Source of the DNA: a virus
Taxonomy: Duplodnaviria; Caudoviricetes
Virus record (IMG/VR): IMGVR_UViG_3300037470_000387
Span: 1 to 33,439 of that record
DNA: 33,439 nt
Reading direction: 5' to 3' (one strand)
The notes beneath the pieces are model-generated. The model saw nothing but the letters and a program-made list of their open reading frames with translations. It searched no databases and was not told where the DNA came from. A program made the position numbers and the translations under genes. Shown here piece by piece: positions 15,956 through 25,034 of this stretch (the stretch's first letter is position 1; every line of letters begins with the position of its first letter).

Positions 15956-16162
15956 ATGTCTGAGCAACCATCTCTCAACTGGATCGCCGATGGCGATTGG
16001 ATTCATTTCATCGGCATCATCATCTGGATGCTGTTGTCATTTCTGGCGATTGCGTTCTGTATCGCCGCGCTTGTTTCGGTCCTGAACAATAATGTCGGGC
16101 TGGCGATTGTGCAGGCTTTATTAGCCGCCGTGATCCGGCCACAGTATGGGTGGCGGGGATAA
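15956..16162 (+). CDS. Small membrane protein
   Basis: Two hydrophobic segments. Confidence 0.55.
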   Translation: MSEQPSLNWIADGDWIHFIGIIIWMLLSFLAIAFCIAALVSVLNNNVGLAIVQALLAAVIRPQYGWRG

Positions 16163-16166
16163 AATA

Positions 16167-17558
16167 GTGGAAGCAATTACGATTCATCTGGCGGACTACC
16201 AGCCGCACCCGCGCAACTACAACCGGCATCCTGACGCCCAGGTCGCCGACCTCGCCCGCAGCCTGACGCAGTGGGGTCAGGCCAAACCCATCGTCGTGTG
16301 GGGTGGCTACATCATCACCGGGCACGGCGTCGTCGCGGCCGCGCGGTCGTTGGGGTGGGAGACGGTGCAGGCGGTGGACCATACCGCGGATTGGACCGAG
16401 CAGCAGGCGTTGGCCTACCTGGTGGCCGACAACGAACTATCACGCAAGGCCGACCCCGACCACGCGCAGTTGGCCGCGTTGTTGGACGAGGTGCAGCGCA
16501 CGCAGCCGGAACTGGTCGAGGCGGCAGGATATACGGCGAAAGAGATTGAGCAACTGTTAGCGATGACGCGTGGACCGCAAGAGGTGCAAGACGCCGAGCC
16601 GCAGATTGACCGTGCGGAGGAATTGCGCGTCAAGTGGGGCGTGGAGCCGGGCGACTTGTGGCAGTTGGCCGACCACCGCATTGTCTGCGGCGACTGCACC
16701 GACGCGGAGACAGTGGCGCGCGTGATGGCGGGCGATCTAATCAATTTAGCATTCACGTCACCACCTTACGCCGAACAACGGGACTACGACGAATCAAGTG
16801 GATTTAAGCCGATTCCTCCTCGTGAGTATGTCGCATGGTTTGCCGGTGTATCGTCCAATGTGCAAACCCACCTGGCGGCGGATGGATCTTGGTTTGTTAA
16901 CATTAAGCCAGCAGCCGAAGCGCTTGATACAGAGTTGTATGTGTTTGATTTGGTGATTGCCCACGTGCGTGAGTGGGGATGGCACTTTGTAACTGAATTC
17001 TGTTGGGAACGGGCGGGCATTCCAAAACAGGTAGTGCGGCGGTTCAAGAATCAGTTTGAACCCGTCTACCAGTTTGTACGGGGTGATTTCAAGTTCAGAC
17101 CCGACAACGTGCGTCACGAATCAAAGAACGTTCCCCGCGCCCGCGGCAAGGGCGCGGGGAACACGTCGTGGGCCAAGCATCAGGGTGGCGAATCCATATT
17201 CATGTCAGGAATGCAAGGCATTCCTGACTTCAAGTGGTTTGGTGACAACGTGGGCGAAGGCATGGCATATCCTGGCAATCGCTTGCCGACATTCAGTGAC
17301 ACACATGAGGCGTTAGGCCATGCTGCGGCGTTTCCGGTAGGACTACCAGAATTCTTTGTCCGAGCGTATACCGACCCGCGCGATGTGGTCTATGAACCTT
17401 TCGCAGGTAGCGGTAGCACTCTCATGGCCGCAGAAAATCAAGGTCGCAAATGTAGGGCGGTTGAACTGTCGCCATCGTATGCGGCGATCATTCTGCAACG
17501 CTGGACGGATGCCACGGGTAAAGCTCCGGAACGCATCGGCTCCGTGGAGGCCATCTAG
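16167..17558 (+). CDS. ParB-like domain fused to beta-class N4-C/N6-A DNA methyltransferase
   Basis: PHPRNYNRH...IITGHG...LVADN (ParB-like); FTSPPY catalytic motif precedes VYEPFAGSGST SAM-binding motif; usual pre-terminase location. Confidence 0.9.
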   Translation: MEAITIHLADYQPHPRNYNRHPDAQVADLARSLTQWGQAKPIVVWGGYIITGHGVVAAARSLGWETVQAVDHTADWTEQQALAYLVADNELSRKADPDHAQLAALLDEVQRTQPELVEAAGYTAKEIEQLLAMTRGPQEVQDAEPQIDRAEELRVKWGVEPGDLWQLADHRIVCGDCTDAETVARVMAGDLINLAFTSPPYAEQRDYDESSGFKPIPPREYVAWFAGVSSNVQTHLAADGSWFVNIKPAAEALDTELYVFDLVIAHVREWGWHFVTEFCWERAGIPKQVVRRFKNQFEPVYQFVRGDFKFRPDNVRHESKNVPRARGKGAGNTSWAKHQGGESIFMSGMQGIPDFKWFGDNVGEGMAYPGNRLPTFSDTHEALGHAAAFPVGLPEFFVRAYTDPRDVVYEPFAGSGSTLMAAENQGRKCRAVELSPSYAAIILQRWTDATGKAPERIGSVEAI

Positions 17559-17561
17559 CGT

Positions 17562-18218
17562 GTGGCTGCCTGGGACCGTCTGCCTAAAGAGTCCGCCAAA
17601 GCCTACGCCGCTTTTCGGCAGTATTGCGATATGTCGCCTTTCACGCGCACGATTGATGCGGCCTATGCACGCGCGTATCCTAACCAGGACCATAGCGGCA
17701 AACGGGCCGGATGGCAGTGGTTCCAGTGGAGCAAAAAATACAATTGGGGTGTGCGCGTCCTGGTTTGGGACGAACACCTTGCCGATCTGGATCGCCAACA
17801 AATTGAGCAACGCCGCCGTGAACAGCGCGAACTTGAATGGGAGATCGCCAAAGCCGGGCTGGAACTGGTCCGCGACGCCTTGCCGCAGGCGACGCAGTTC
17901 ATCCGCTCCAAGCGCACGGTCATCCCCGGTAACGCCGAAGCGGGTATCCCTGACCGTGAAGTCGTCACGCTGTCATTCGATGTCACCGGCCTGGCCGCGG
18001 CGAGTGAGCGTTTCGGCAAGCAAGGCCGATTGAGCAATGATGAGCCTACCGACAACCTCAACCTATCCGGTGCGGCCCTCGACGCCGCCATTGAGCGACA
18101 ATTGGCACGAATGGCCGACACCGGCGAAGCGGGCGCTGCTGAGGCGGCTGTTGACGACGAAGGCGGAGACGCCGGAGACACAGAGACAAACCGCGGAGAT
18201 GCGCCGTTGTCGCCATGA
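17562..18218 (+). CDS. terS: Terminase small subunit
   Basis: WDRLPKESAKAYAAFRQY...WSKKYNW pattern; directly upstream of the large subunit. Confidence 0.7.
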   Translation: MAAWDRLPKESAKAYAAFRQYCDMSPFTRTIDAAYARAYPNQDHSGKRAGWQWFQWSKKYNWGVRVLVWDEHLADLDRQQIEQRRREQRELEWEIAKAGLELVRDALPQATQFIRSKRTVIPGNAEAGIPDREVVTLSFDVTGLAAASERFGKQGRLSNDEPTDNLNLSGAALDAAIERQLARMADTGEAGAAEAAVDDEGGDAGDTETNRGDAPLSP

Positions 18219-19614
18219 TGTTGCCTATTTCATCTCGACCTATGTTTATATACTCAACGCGACCGATGAGACTTGGCGCCCCTTTGCCTTATGGCCCGCG
18301 CAAAAAGAAGTTCTCGCCGATCTCGAAGCGTATCGGCAGGTTATTGTGCTCAAAGCGCGCCAGTTGGGGCTGACCTGGCTCTGTCTGGCTTATGCGCTGT
18401 GGCGAATGTTGTTTCATCCCGTCGCGACGGTAGGCATCTTCTCGCGCACGGAAACGGATGCCAAAGAGCTTTTGGATAATCGGCTCAAAGGCATGTATAA
18501 CCGCTTGCCGCGCTGGATGCAGACCGCGGCGGTGACGCAGGACAATAAGACTCTATGGCAATTGGACACGGGATCCTCGGCAATGGCATTTGCTACCAAT
18601 GGCGGACGGCAATATACATTTAGCCTGGTGATGGTAGATGAAGCCGACTTTCAGCCGGACCTGGCGGCATTGATGGAGGCTGTCAAGCCGACAGTGGATG
18701 CAGGGGGGCGCATGTGGTTGGTCTCCACTACCAATAAAGACCTGCCAAACAGCCGATTTAAGGCCATCTATCGCGAAGCCAAACGCGGCCATATCGAATG
18801 GCGACATATTTTTCTGCCGTGGCACGCGCGACCGGAACGCACATCGGAATGGTATGAGGCGCAATGTGATGAGGATATACGGACGAATGGAGCGTTAGAT
18901 ACAACGCATCAGGAATATCCGTCTACCGACACCGAGGCGCTCGCCCCACGTAGTCTCGACAAACGCATCCCGGCGCCGTGGATTGAAGCGTGCTATACTG
19001 AGCGTGCAACACTAGACCCGATTGACGCTCCGGCCATACCGAATCTGTTGATTTGGAAAGCGCCGGAAGTGGGAACTAAGAATCGTCCACCTCGCGCTTA
19101 TGTCATCGGTGCGGACCCTGCCGAAGGAAATCCGACCTCGGATGAATCGGCGCTATGTGTGGTGGACAAACTGACAGGCGAACAGGCGGCGGAATTAGCC
19201 GGGCGCTTTGATCCTACCGTTTTGGCAGGCTACGCCTACCAATTGGCCCGCTACTACAATGACGCCGAGATTATGCCGGAACGAAATAATCACGGACACG
19301 CGTTCATCGCCTGGTTCCGGCAAAACGGTAGTGGTCTTACCATTTTGTTGGGACCTGATGGTAAGGCGGGCTGGAACTCGAATAGTCTTGGCAAGACGCT
19401 GCTCTATGACCGCGCGGCGGATAATTTCCGGGACGCGGCCCGCGACCAAACGATACTGTTGCATTCCGAGACGGCGTATTTTCAGCTAGCCAGTATCGAA
19501 GGGCACACCTTACTAGCTCCCAAAGGCGAACAGGATGATCGCGCCGACGCCTGGGCGCTTGCTAATGCCGGACGATTGCAAATTCAGCCGAAACAAGAGG
19601 CGGGCGTATGGTAA
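18037..19614 (+). CDS. terL: Terminase large subunit (start uncertain)
   Basis: Walker A VLKARQLGLT, Walker B VMVDEAD, nuclease IGADPAEG, ERNNHG, DDRADA. Confidence 0.9.
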   Translation: MMSLPTTSTYPVRPSTPPLSDNWHEWPTPAKRALLRRLLTTKAETPETQRQTAEMRRCRHDVAYFISTYVYILNATDETWRPFALWPAQKEVLADLEAYRQVIVLKARQLGLTWLCLAYALWRMLFHPVATVGIFSRTETDAKELLDNRLKGMYNRLPRWMQTAAVTQDNKTLWQLDTGSSAMAFATNGGRQYTFSLVMVDEADFQPDLAALMEAVKPTVDAGGRMWLVSTTNKDLPNSRFKAIYREAKRGHIEWRHIFLPWHARPERTSEWYEAQCDEDIRTNGALDTTHQEYPSTDTEALAPRSLDKRIPAPWIEACYTERATLDPIDAPAIPNLLIWKAPEVGTKNRPPRAYVIGADPAEGNPTSDESALCVVDKLTGEQAAELAGRFDPTVLAGYAYQLARYYNDAEIMPERNNHGHAFIAWFRQNGSGLTILLGPDGKAGWNSNSLGKTLLYDRAADNFRDAARDQTILLHSETAYFQLASIEGHTLLAPKGEQDDRADAWALANAGRLQIQPKQEAGVW

Positions 19615-21017
19615 ATTACACCAACGGTGATACAAATCCTCTCATCAATATACGCTCCGTCCGTGTCGACCGGCTTAATCTGGGCAAGCACGGCACGTCG
19701 CACGGCGGCGACCGCGATTACTACGAGGTACTCGGCTACCCGGAAACACTGACGCTAGACGATCTCTACGCCAAGTTCGAGCGCGACGGGTTAGCCGCGC
19801 GTATCGTCGAATTCCCGCCGGATGAAACCTGGCGCGATACGCCGACAATCAAAGACGGTCGCGACAAAGACGCCAAAGAGACGACGCGCTTCGCCAAAGC
19901 TTGGGCCGCCTTTGCCCAGGCGCGCCGCGTTTATCACTACTGCCGCCGTGTGGATACGCTGGCGGGCATCGGGCGTTACGGCGTGCTGCTCATCGGCGTC
20001 GCCGGCAATCAGGCGTTATCCACGCCGATCACGCGGTTGTCGAGTCTCGACCAGGTAATCTATCTGCGGCCTTATGGTGAGTCCGCCGCGGAAATCTATG
20101 AGTGGGAGGACAACCCAGCCGACCCGCGTTTCGGGCAGCCGCGCGCCTATCGCATCAATCTCGCCGAAGGCGCGGACGCGCTGACCGGCACAGGCGGCAA
20201 AGCGTTCCCGGCGCAACAGGTTATCGTGCATCACAGCCGCGTGATTCATGTCGCGGAAGGGTTGCTCGAAAACGAGGTCTATGGGCGGCCTCGCTTGCAA
20301 CGGCCCTACAACCGGCTCGACGACATTCTCAAAGTCGTTGGCGGCTCAGCCGAGGCCACGTGGAAGTTGATGCGTAAGGGGTTCGTGCTCAACATCGATC
20401 CGGAATTGGACCTGACGCCCGCCGCGGTCGCCGCACTGGAGGAACAGTTCGACGAGTACGATCATGGGTTACGGCGTTATCTGCGAACGCGCGGGATGGA
20501 TGTAAGCGATCTTGGTTCCGAGGTTGTAGAGCCGCGCGACCTGTTCGACTGTATCATCGACCTGATCTCCGCCGATACGGGCATTCCCAAGCGAATCTTG
20601 CTCGGCAGTGAGCGCGGCGAGCTTGCAAGCTCGCAGGACGCGTCATCTTGGGCAGGCCACGTCGCATCGCGCCAGTTGAACTTTGCCGAACCGAACATCC
20701 TGCGTCCGCTGATCGACCGGCTGATTGCCTGGGGCGCGTTGCAGCGACCATCCAGCGGCGTCTATACGATTGAGTGGGACCCGCTGTTCGAGATGACCGA
20801 CCAGGAGAAGGCGACGGTGGCCGACACCTGGGCGGCGGCCGCGCAGAAGGCCGCGACGGCCATCGGCGGGCCGGTGATGACGGCGGAGGAATATCGCGGC
20901 GAGTTCACGCCGTTTGCGGCGGAGATGCCGGTTGTGGAGATGTCGGATACGGAACCAACGAACGCAGTTGTCGAGCGCACGGACACAGCGACTCAGGAGA
21001 CGGGCAATGGAATTTAA
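19608..21017 (+). CDS. Portal protein (DUF1073-like)
   Basis: GLAARIVEFPPDETWR, YGQP/VHHSRVIH-type motifs, TGIPKRILLG; position after terL. Confidence 0.85.
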   Translation: MVNYTNGDTNPLINIRSVRVDRLNLGKHGTSHGGDRDYYEVLGYPETLTLDDLYAKFERDGLAARIVEFPPDETWRDTPTIKDGRDKDAKETTRFAKAWAAFAQARRVYHYCRRVDTLAGIGRYGVLLIGVAGNQALSTPITRLSSLDQVIYLRPYGESAAEIYEWEDNPADPRFGQPRAYRINLAEGADALTGTGGKAFPAQQVIVHHSRVIHVAEGLLENEVYGRPRLQRPYNRLDDILKVVGGSAEATWKLMRKGFVLNIDPELDLTPAAVAALEEQFDEYDHGLRRYLRTRGMDVSDLGSEVVEPRDLFDCIIDLISADTGIPKRILLGSERGELASSQDASSWAGHVASRQLNFAEPNILRPLIDRLIAWGALQRPSSGVYTIEWDPLFEMTDQEKATVADTWAAAAQKAATAIGGPVMTAEEYRGEFTPFAAEMPVVEMSDTEPTNAVVERTDTATQETGNGI

Positions 21018-21291
21018 TCCGATTGGCGCGCATGTTGATGGATTGGCGATTGACTCCGCACAGGTAATCCCACGTCCCGACGGTTATGCCGAGGGTGTGG
21101 CAAAATTACTTGCGCAGACGGTGACACAGAATGTACGTTTCACGCTTGATGGCACCACGCCAACGGCCACGCTGGGTTTTCAGCTAGTGGCGGGCGATCC
21201 GCCGATCATCATTCCGAGCGGGCCAAACACGATTATCACGGTCATCGAAGAGGCCGCGACGGCAGATTTTCAATTTATCTGGGGCGTCTAA
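21007..21291 (+). CDS. Small beta-rich hypothetical protein
   Basis: 94 aa, QNVRFTLDGTTPTATLGF; overlaps the portal stop. Confidence 0.7.
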   Translation: MEFNPIGAHVDGLAIDSAQVIPRPDGYAEGVAKLLAQTVTQNVRFTLDGTTPTATLGFQLVAGDPPIIIPSGPNTIITVIEEAATADFQFIWGV

Positions 21292-22203
21292 GTGCGTGAA
21301 TTAGGGGCGTGGCTAACGGAACCGTTCGGCGGCTACCTGGGCGGCGTGCGCCTGGCGGGGGGCGGCTGGGTCGAGGGCGTGTCCGGCCTGTCCTTCACAA
21401 CGACCTCCACCAACGCCGCCTGGACGCCGACGACCGTCACGAAATCAGGTGGCACGTTGACCTGGCGGGTGTATTCGGCGGCGGGTGTGTTGCTGTTGGA
21501 AAGCGTCGCCAACAAGCCGACGTTCAACCTGAGTAGCTACAGCGGCACGAAAACGCTGCGTGTCACGTCGCCGGACGGGTGGGCGGGGCTGACGGCGCTG
21601 AACTTTACGGACGTGACGGCGGATATTGCATCGCTGAATCTGGCTGTGGCGACCGGACTGACCTCCCTGTACCTGAACACCCTGACCGGGCTGACGTGGA
21701 CGGTGGGGGCGAGTGCGCCCATGCCCACCAACCTGACCTCCCTGTACCTGAACAACCTGACCGGGCTGACGTGGACGGTGGGGGCGAGTGCGCCCATGCC
21801 CACCGGACTGACCTCCCTGACCCTGATCACCCTGACCGGGCTGACGTGGACGGTGGGGGCGAGTGCGCCCATGCCCACCGGACTGACCTCCCTGACCCTG
21901 TACAACCTGACCGGGCTGACGTCGGTCACGGTCTGGGATGGCATCAATGCCATTCACGACATCCGATATGAGAATAATCTGGCGCAGGCGCAGGTGGACG
22001 CCGTGCTATCGGCTATCCATGCTAACAAAGCCAACTACACCTATGCCACGCCGTCGCTGGATTTGGCTGGAGTGAACAATGCCGCACCGAGCGGGATCTA
22101 TCAAAGCACATGCCCGCCGGTGGACGGCAATGAGTACAAATACGACCTTGTCAACGGGATTTGTGAACCGGCAGGGCCGGAATGGGTCGTGGTGACAGCA
22201 TAG
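21292..22203 (+). CDS. Leucine-rich-repeat-like protein
   Basis: 25-aa repeats TGLTSLxLxxLTGLTWTVGASAPMP containing LxxLxLxxL. Confidence 0.8.
   Translation: MRELGAWLTEPFGGYLGGVRLAGGGWVEGVSGLSFTTTSTNAAWTPTTVTKSGGTLTWRVYSAAGVLLLESVANKPTFNLSSYSGTKTLRVTSPDGWAGLTALNFTDVTADIASLNLAVATGLTSLYLNTLTGLTWTVGASAPMPTNLTSLYLNNLTGLTWTVGASAPMPTGLTSLTLITLTGLTWTVGASAPMPTGLTSLTLYNLTGLTSVTVWDGINAIHDIRYENNLAQAQVDAVLSAIHANKANYTYATPSLDLAGVNNAAPSGIYQSTCPPVDGNEYKYDLVNGICEPAGPEWVVVTA
21652..21921 (+). repeat. 3.6 x 75-bp coding tandem repeat
   Basis: Units start at 21652, 21727, 21802 and 21877. Confidence 0.95.
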
Positions 22204-22213
22204 GGGGGCAATC

Positions 22214-22459
22214 GTGGCCGTGGACGAAATCATCGTCGCCAAGAACGCCAAGGGCGAACTGAGCATCATCCAGGAGCGTGAGACGCAGCCGATTGGCAGC
22301 CGCACCGGGTTGCCGGTGGGGACGAGCCTGATCGATAAGGAATTGCTCGCCAGGATTTTGACGTATACCAAGTTCGCTACGACTGACGAATTGGTGGCAG
22401 CACTGGGACTGACGGACGAACGGCCCGGCAAGGTGTCGCCGGTGGAGCGCATCCGGTGA
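22214..22459 (+). CDS. Hypothetical protein
   Basis: 81 aa, GTG start after G-rich RBS, GTGA overlap with the next gene. Confidence 0.7.
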   Translation: MAVDEIIVAKNAKGELSIIQERETQPIGSRTGLPVGTSLIDKELLARILTYTKFATTDELVAALGLTDERPGKVSPVERIR

Positions 22460-23325
22460 GATTCGCCGTCGTCCTTGCGCTGTGGTATCTCGCCCTGTCC
22501 ATCACGCCGCAGCCGCAGCCCGTGCCCGTCGGGATGGGCGTCTCCGTGGCGCATCAACGTGGACCGGAGATCGCAGACGCCGTGATGGACAAACTGCATC
22601 CGCCGCTGGTGATGAATTGGCTGGCCGACGATTGGTGTATGACGACGCCGGAATGTCTGCCGATGGTGTACGGCGCCCGCAATTTGGAACAATACGTTCC
22701 AATTGCCAACGACGACCCGACACGAACGTTCCTGCTCCTCAGCGAGACTAACTGTTGCGGTACAAATGACAGCCCGGCCAACGTGGCGGCGTTCGTGCGA
22801 AAGTGGGAAGCGGAGACGGATAATCCGTATGCGTGCTGTGGGGTGGTGCAGTGGGCGGGCTGGGAGCAATGGATGAATGGCTACCTAGCCAATAACGGAC
22901 CGATTCCGCCATATTGGCACATCCATATTTTCGAGCAAGCCGCCTGGCCGCCGATTGCCGAGTTTCAAGCGTGGATGATAGCTCACGACGCCGTGCGGCC
23001 CGTCATCGTCACTGAGTTGGCGAACCCGTGGGGCACGGCAGAGGACAATGCCGAACTCATGTCGTGGATGGCGAAGCTGGTCGCTGACGGCACGGTGCAA
23101 GCGGCATTATGGTATTCAGCTCCGGCGGACTGGCATCATCTGTGGCCGACCACCGACCTAATGGACTGGGACGCCACCGAGTTGACGCCGCTGGGCGAGC
23201 ACTGGCTGTCGTTGCAGCCCGGCGGGGCGAACGACCCGCACGCAACGCCGACGCCGGAGCCGACCGCATTGGACGAGGACGCGCAGCCGCGGCGGGTGTG
23301 GCTGCCGCAAGTGGGGAGCAATTAA
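22456..23325 (+). CDS. Secreted glycoside hydrolase-like protein (short clan GH-A barrel, GH128-like)
   Basis: Signal peptide; LPMVYG, FLLLSETN, WHIHIF, PVIVTEL, ALWYS, LTPLGEHW motifs; PTPEPT linker and RVWLPQV tail. Confidence 0.6.
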   Translation: MRFAVVLALWYLALSITPQPQPVPVGMGVSVAHQRGPEIADAVMDKLHPPLVMNWLADDWCMTTPECLPMVYGARNLEQYVPIANDDPTRTFLLLSETNCCGTNDSPANVAAFVRKWEAETDNPYACCGVVQWAGWEQWMNGYLANNGPIPPYWHIHIFEQAAWPPIAEFQAWMIAHDAVRPVIVTELANPWGTAEDNAELMSWMAKLVADGTVQAALWYSAPADWHHLWPTTDLMDWDATELTPLGEHWLSLQPGGANDPHATPTPEPTALDEDAQPRRVWLPQVGSN

Positions 23326-23326
23326 G

Positions 23327-24541
23327 ATGACACTCTATTTTTCCGTCAACCAAACTGCGACGGCGCATGAAGTCATGCACGACGGCCATAGGTACCTGGT
23401 CGCGCCCGTCGTGGCGTTGGTGGCCGGCGTCGTCAACAGTCTCTATGTGCCCGCCGATGAACTGAGTAAACACATCGCGGCGTGGAACGGCAGACCAATC
23501 AGTCTCGGCCATCCACAAGCCAACGGGCAGTATATCAGCGCCAATAGTCCGGACGTATGGGCTTCTGCCGTCCCCGGCCAGCTTTGGAATGCGCATGCCG
23601 ACGGTGATAAGCTCAAGGCTGACCTTTGGCTCGATCTTGACAAAGCCGCCAAATTGGGGGATAGTGGTACAAAGATTGTGCAACGTCTACGCTCCAACCA
23701 ACCCGTTGAGGTAAGCACGGGGTATTTTGCTGATGTGGAATCGACTCCCGGCGTCTGGAATGGTAAATCCTATACGGGCATCACTAGAAATATCCGACCC
23801 GACCATCTGGCGCTATTGCCGGATGAACTCGGCGCGTGCAGTTGGATGGACGGTTGCGGCGCGCCGCGGGTGAATAGTGAGAAAAACGATATGAACTCAG
23901 AGCAAGAGCGCGGACTATTTCAGCGATTCAAGGATTGGTTGAACGGCGAAGAGATGAGCGATGACGCAGCGGCGTCTGTCGGTCTCGAAACAAATGACGC
24001 CAATGGCGTCCGTACCGAAGAGCAGGCGCAGAGCGCCGGGGAGATGGCTATGACAAAAGCGGAACTGGTGACGCAACTTGTCGCCAACGCGGCCTGTAAG
24101 TTCGACCGCGACAAACTCGAAGCGTGGGAGGAAGCCGACTTGCAAACCCTCTCGGAGAGTCTGGCGGCACAGCCTACAACGCCGCAAGACACAGAGAATA
24201 CTGCGCCGCCTGCGCAAGCTTCTTTGCCGCCTGAGATTACGGCGTTCGCCGCCATGATCCAGAATCTGGGCGGCGTGGACAAACTCGGCGCGGCGTTGGG
24301 GGCAATCACAGCCAACGCCGATCAGGAGCGAACGCAGTTGGTTGCGGAACTGGTTGCCAATGCCGCGTTCACGGCGGAAGAACTGGCGGTCATGCCCATC
24401 GCGACGCTGCGTAAGCTGAATGAGACGTTGCTCCCGCGCGACTTCAGCTTAGCGGGCGGCGTCTTGCGCGCGAATTTTGGCGCAGAGGAAGAAGAACTCG
24501 CCATGCCGTACACCAATGGCACAGGAGGGACCAATGGCTAG
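23327..24541 (+). CDS. Prohead protease/scaffold (DUF2213-like)
   Basis: WNGRPISLGHP, EVSTGY, NIRPDHLALLPDELGACS; acidic helical C-terminal scaffold. Confidence 0.85.
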   Translation: MTLYFSVNQTATAHEVMHDGHRYLVAPVVALVAGVVNSLYVPADELSKHIAAWNGRPISLGHPQANGQYISANSPDVWASAVPGQLWNAHADGDKLKADLWLDLDKAAKLGDSGTKIVQRLRSNQPVEVSTGYFADVESTPGVWNGKSYTGITRNIRPDHLALLPDELGACSWMDGCGAPRVNSEKNDMNSEQERGLFQRFKDWLNGEEMSDDAAASVGLETNDANGVRTEEQAQSAGEMAMTKAELVTQLVANAACKFDRDKLEAWEEADLQTLSESLAAQPTTPQDTENTAPPAQASLPPEITAFAAMIQNLGGVDKLGAALGAITANADQERTQLVAELVANAAFTAEELAVMPIATLRKLNETLLPRDFSLAGGVLRANFGAEEEELAMPYTNGTGGTNG

Positions 24542-25022
24542 CAGCACGCCGCACACGATTGTGCTTCGCACCAACAACCCGGATAACAACATGCAGCGCG
24601 TCCGTGAGGCTCCCTGCCAGGCGGAAGTCACCATCACGCCGGGTATGTTGCTGGCCTGGGGGACCACCAACACGGTCAAACCTCACGCGACCGCAGCAGG
24701 ACATGCCGAGGACAAGAAGATCGCGCTGGAGAATCCCTGGAGCGACCACGGTAGCGGCCCCGCTATCGACCATGATTACGCCGCCGCCGAAACAGTCGGC
24801 TATATCCCGGCCCAATCCGGCGACCAATTCTACATGTTGCTCGCCGACGGCGAGAACGTGACCAAAGGTGACGCGCTGGTCAGTGATGGCGCAGGAGCGT
24901 TGCAAGAGCAGGCGACGGTAGACGCCTCAGTGATTACCGAGGCTATCGTCGGCTTTGCCGCCGAAGCGTTGGACAATAGCGCGGGCGGTGCGGTGGCTCG
25001 CATTCGCGTGGACATCGCCTAA
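24534..25022 (+). CDS. Head decoration/cement protein
   Basis: ITPGMLL...GENVTKGDALVSDGAGAL; between protease and capsid. Confidence 0.7.
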   Translation: MASSTPHTIVLRTNNPDNNMQRVREAPCQAEVTITPGMLLAWGTTNTVKPHATAAGHAEDKKIALENPWSDHGSGPAIDHDYAAAETVGYIPAQSGDQFYMLLADGENVTKGDALVSDGAGALQEQATVDASVITEAIVGFAAEALDNSAGGAVARIRVDIA

Positions 25023-25034
25023 AGGAGAGCCGAC

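Noticed and set aside
16167-17558. Restriction-modification system
   Set aside because: No cognate endonuclease is adjacent; orphan ParB-methyltransferase fusions before terS are common in phages.
19608-21017. Anti-CBASS Acb1 label sometimes attached to DUF1073 proteins
   Set aside because: Size, motifs and position after terL indicate a portal; no paired HxT/S phosphoesterase motifs were recognised.
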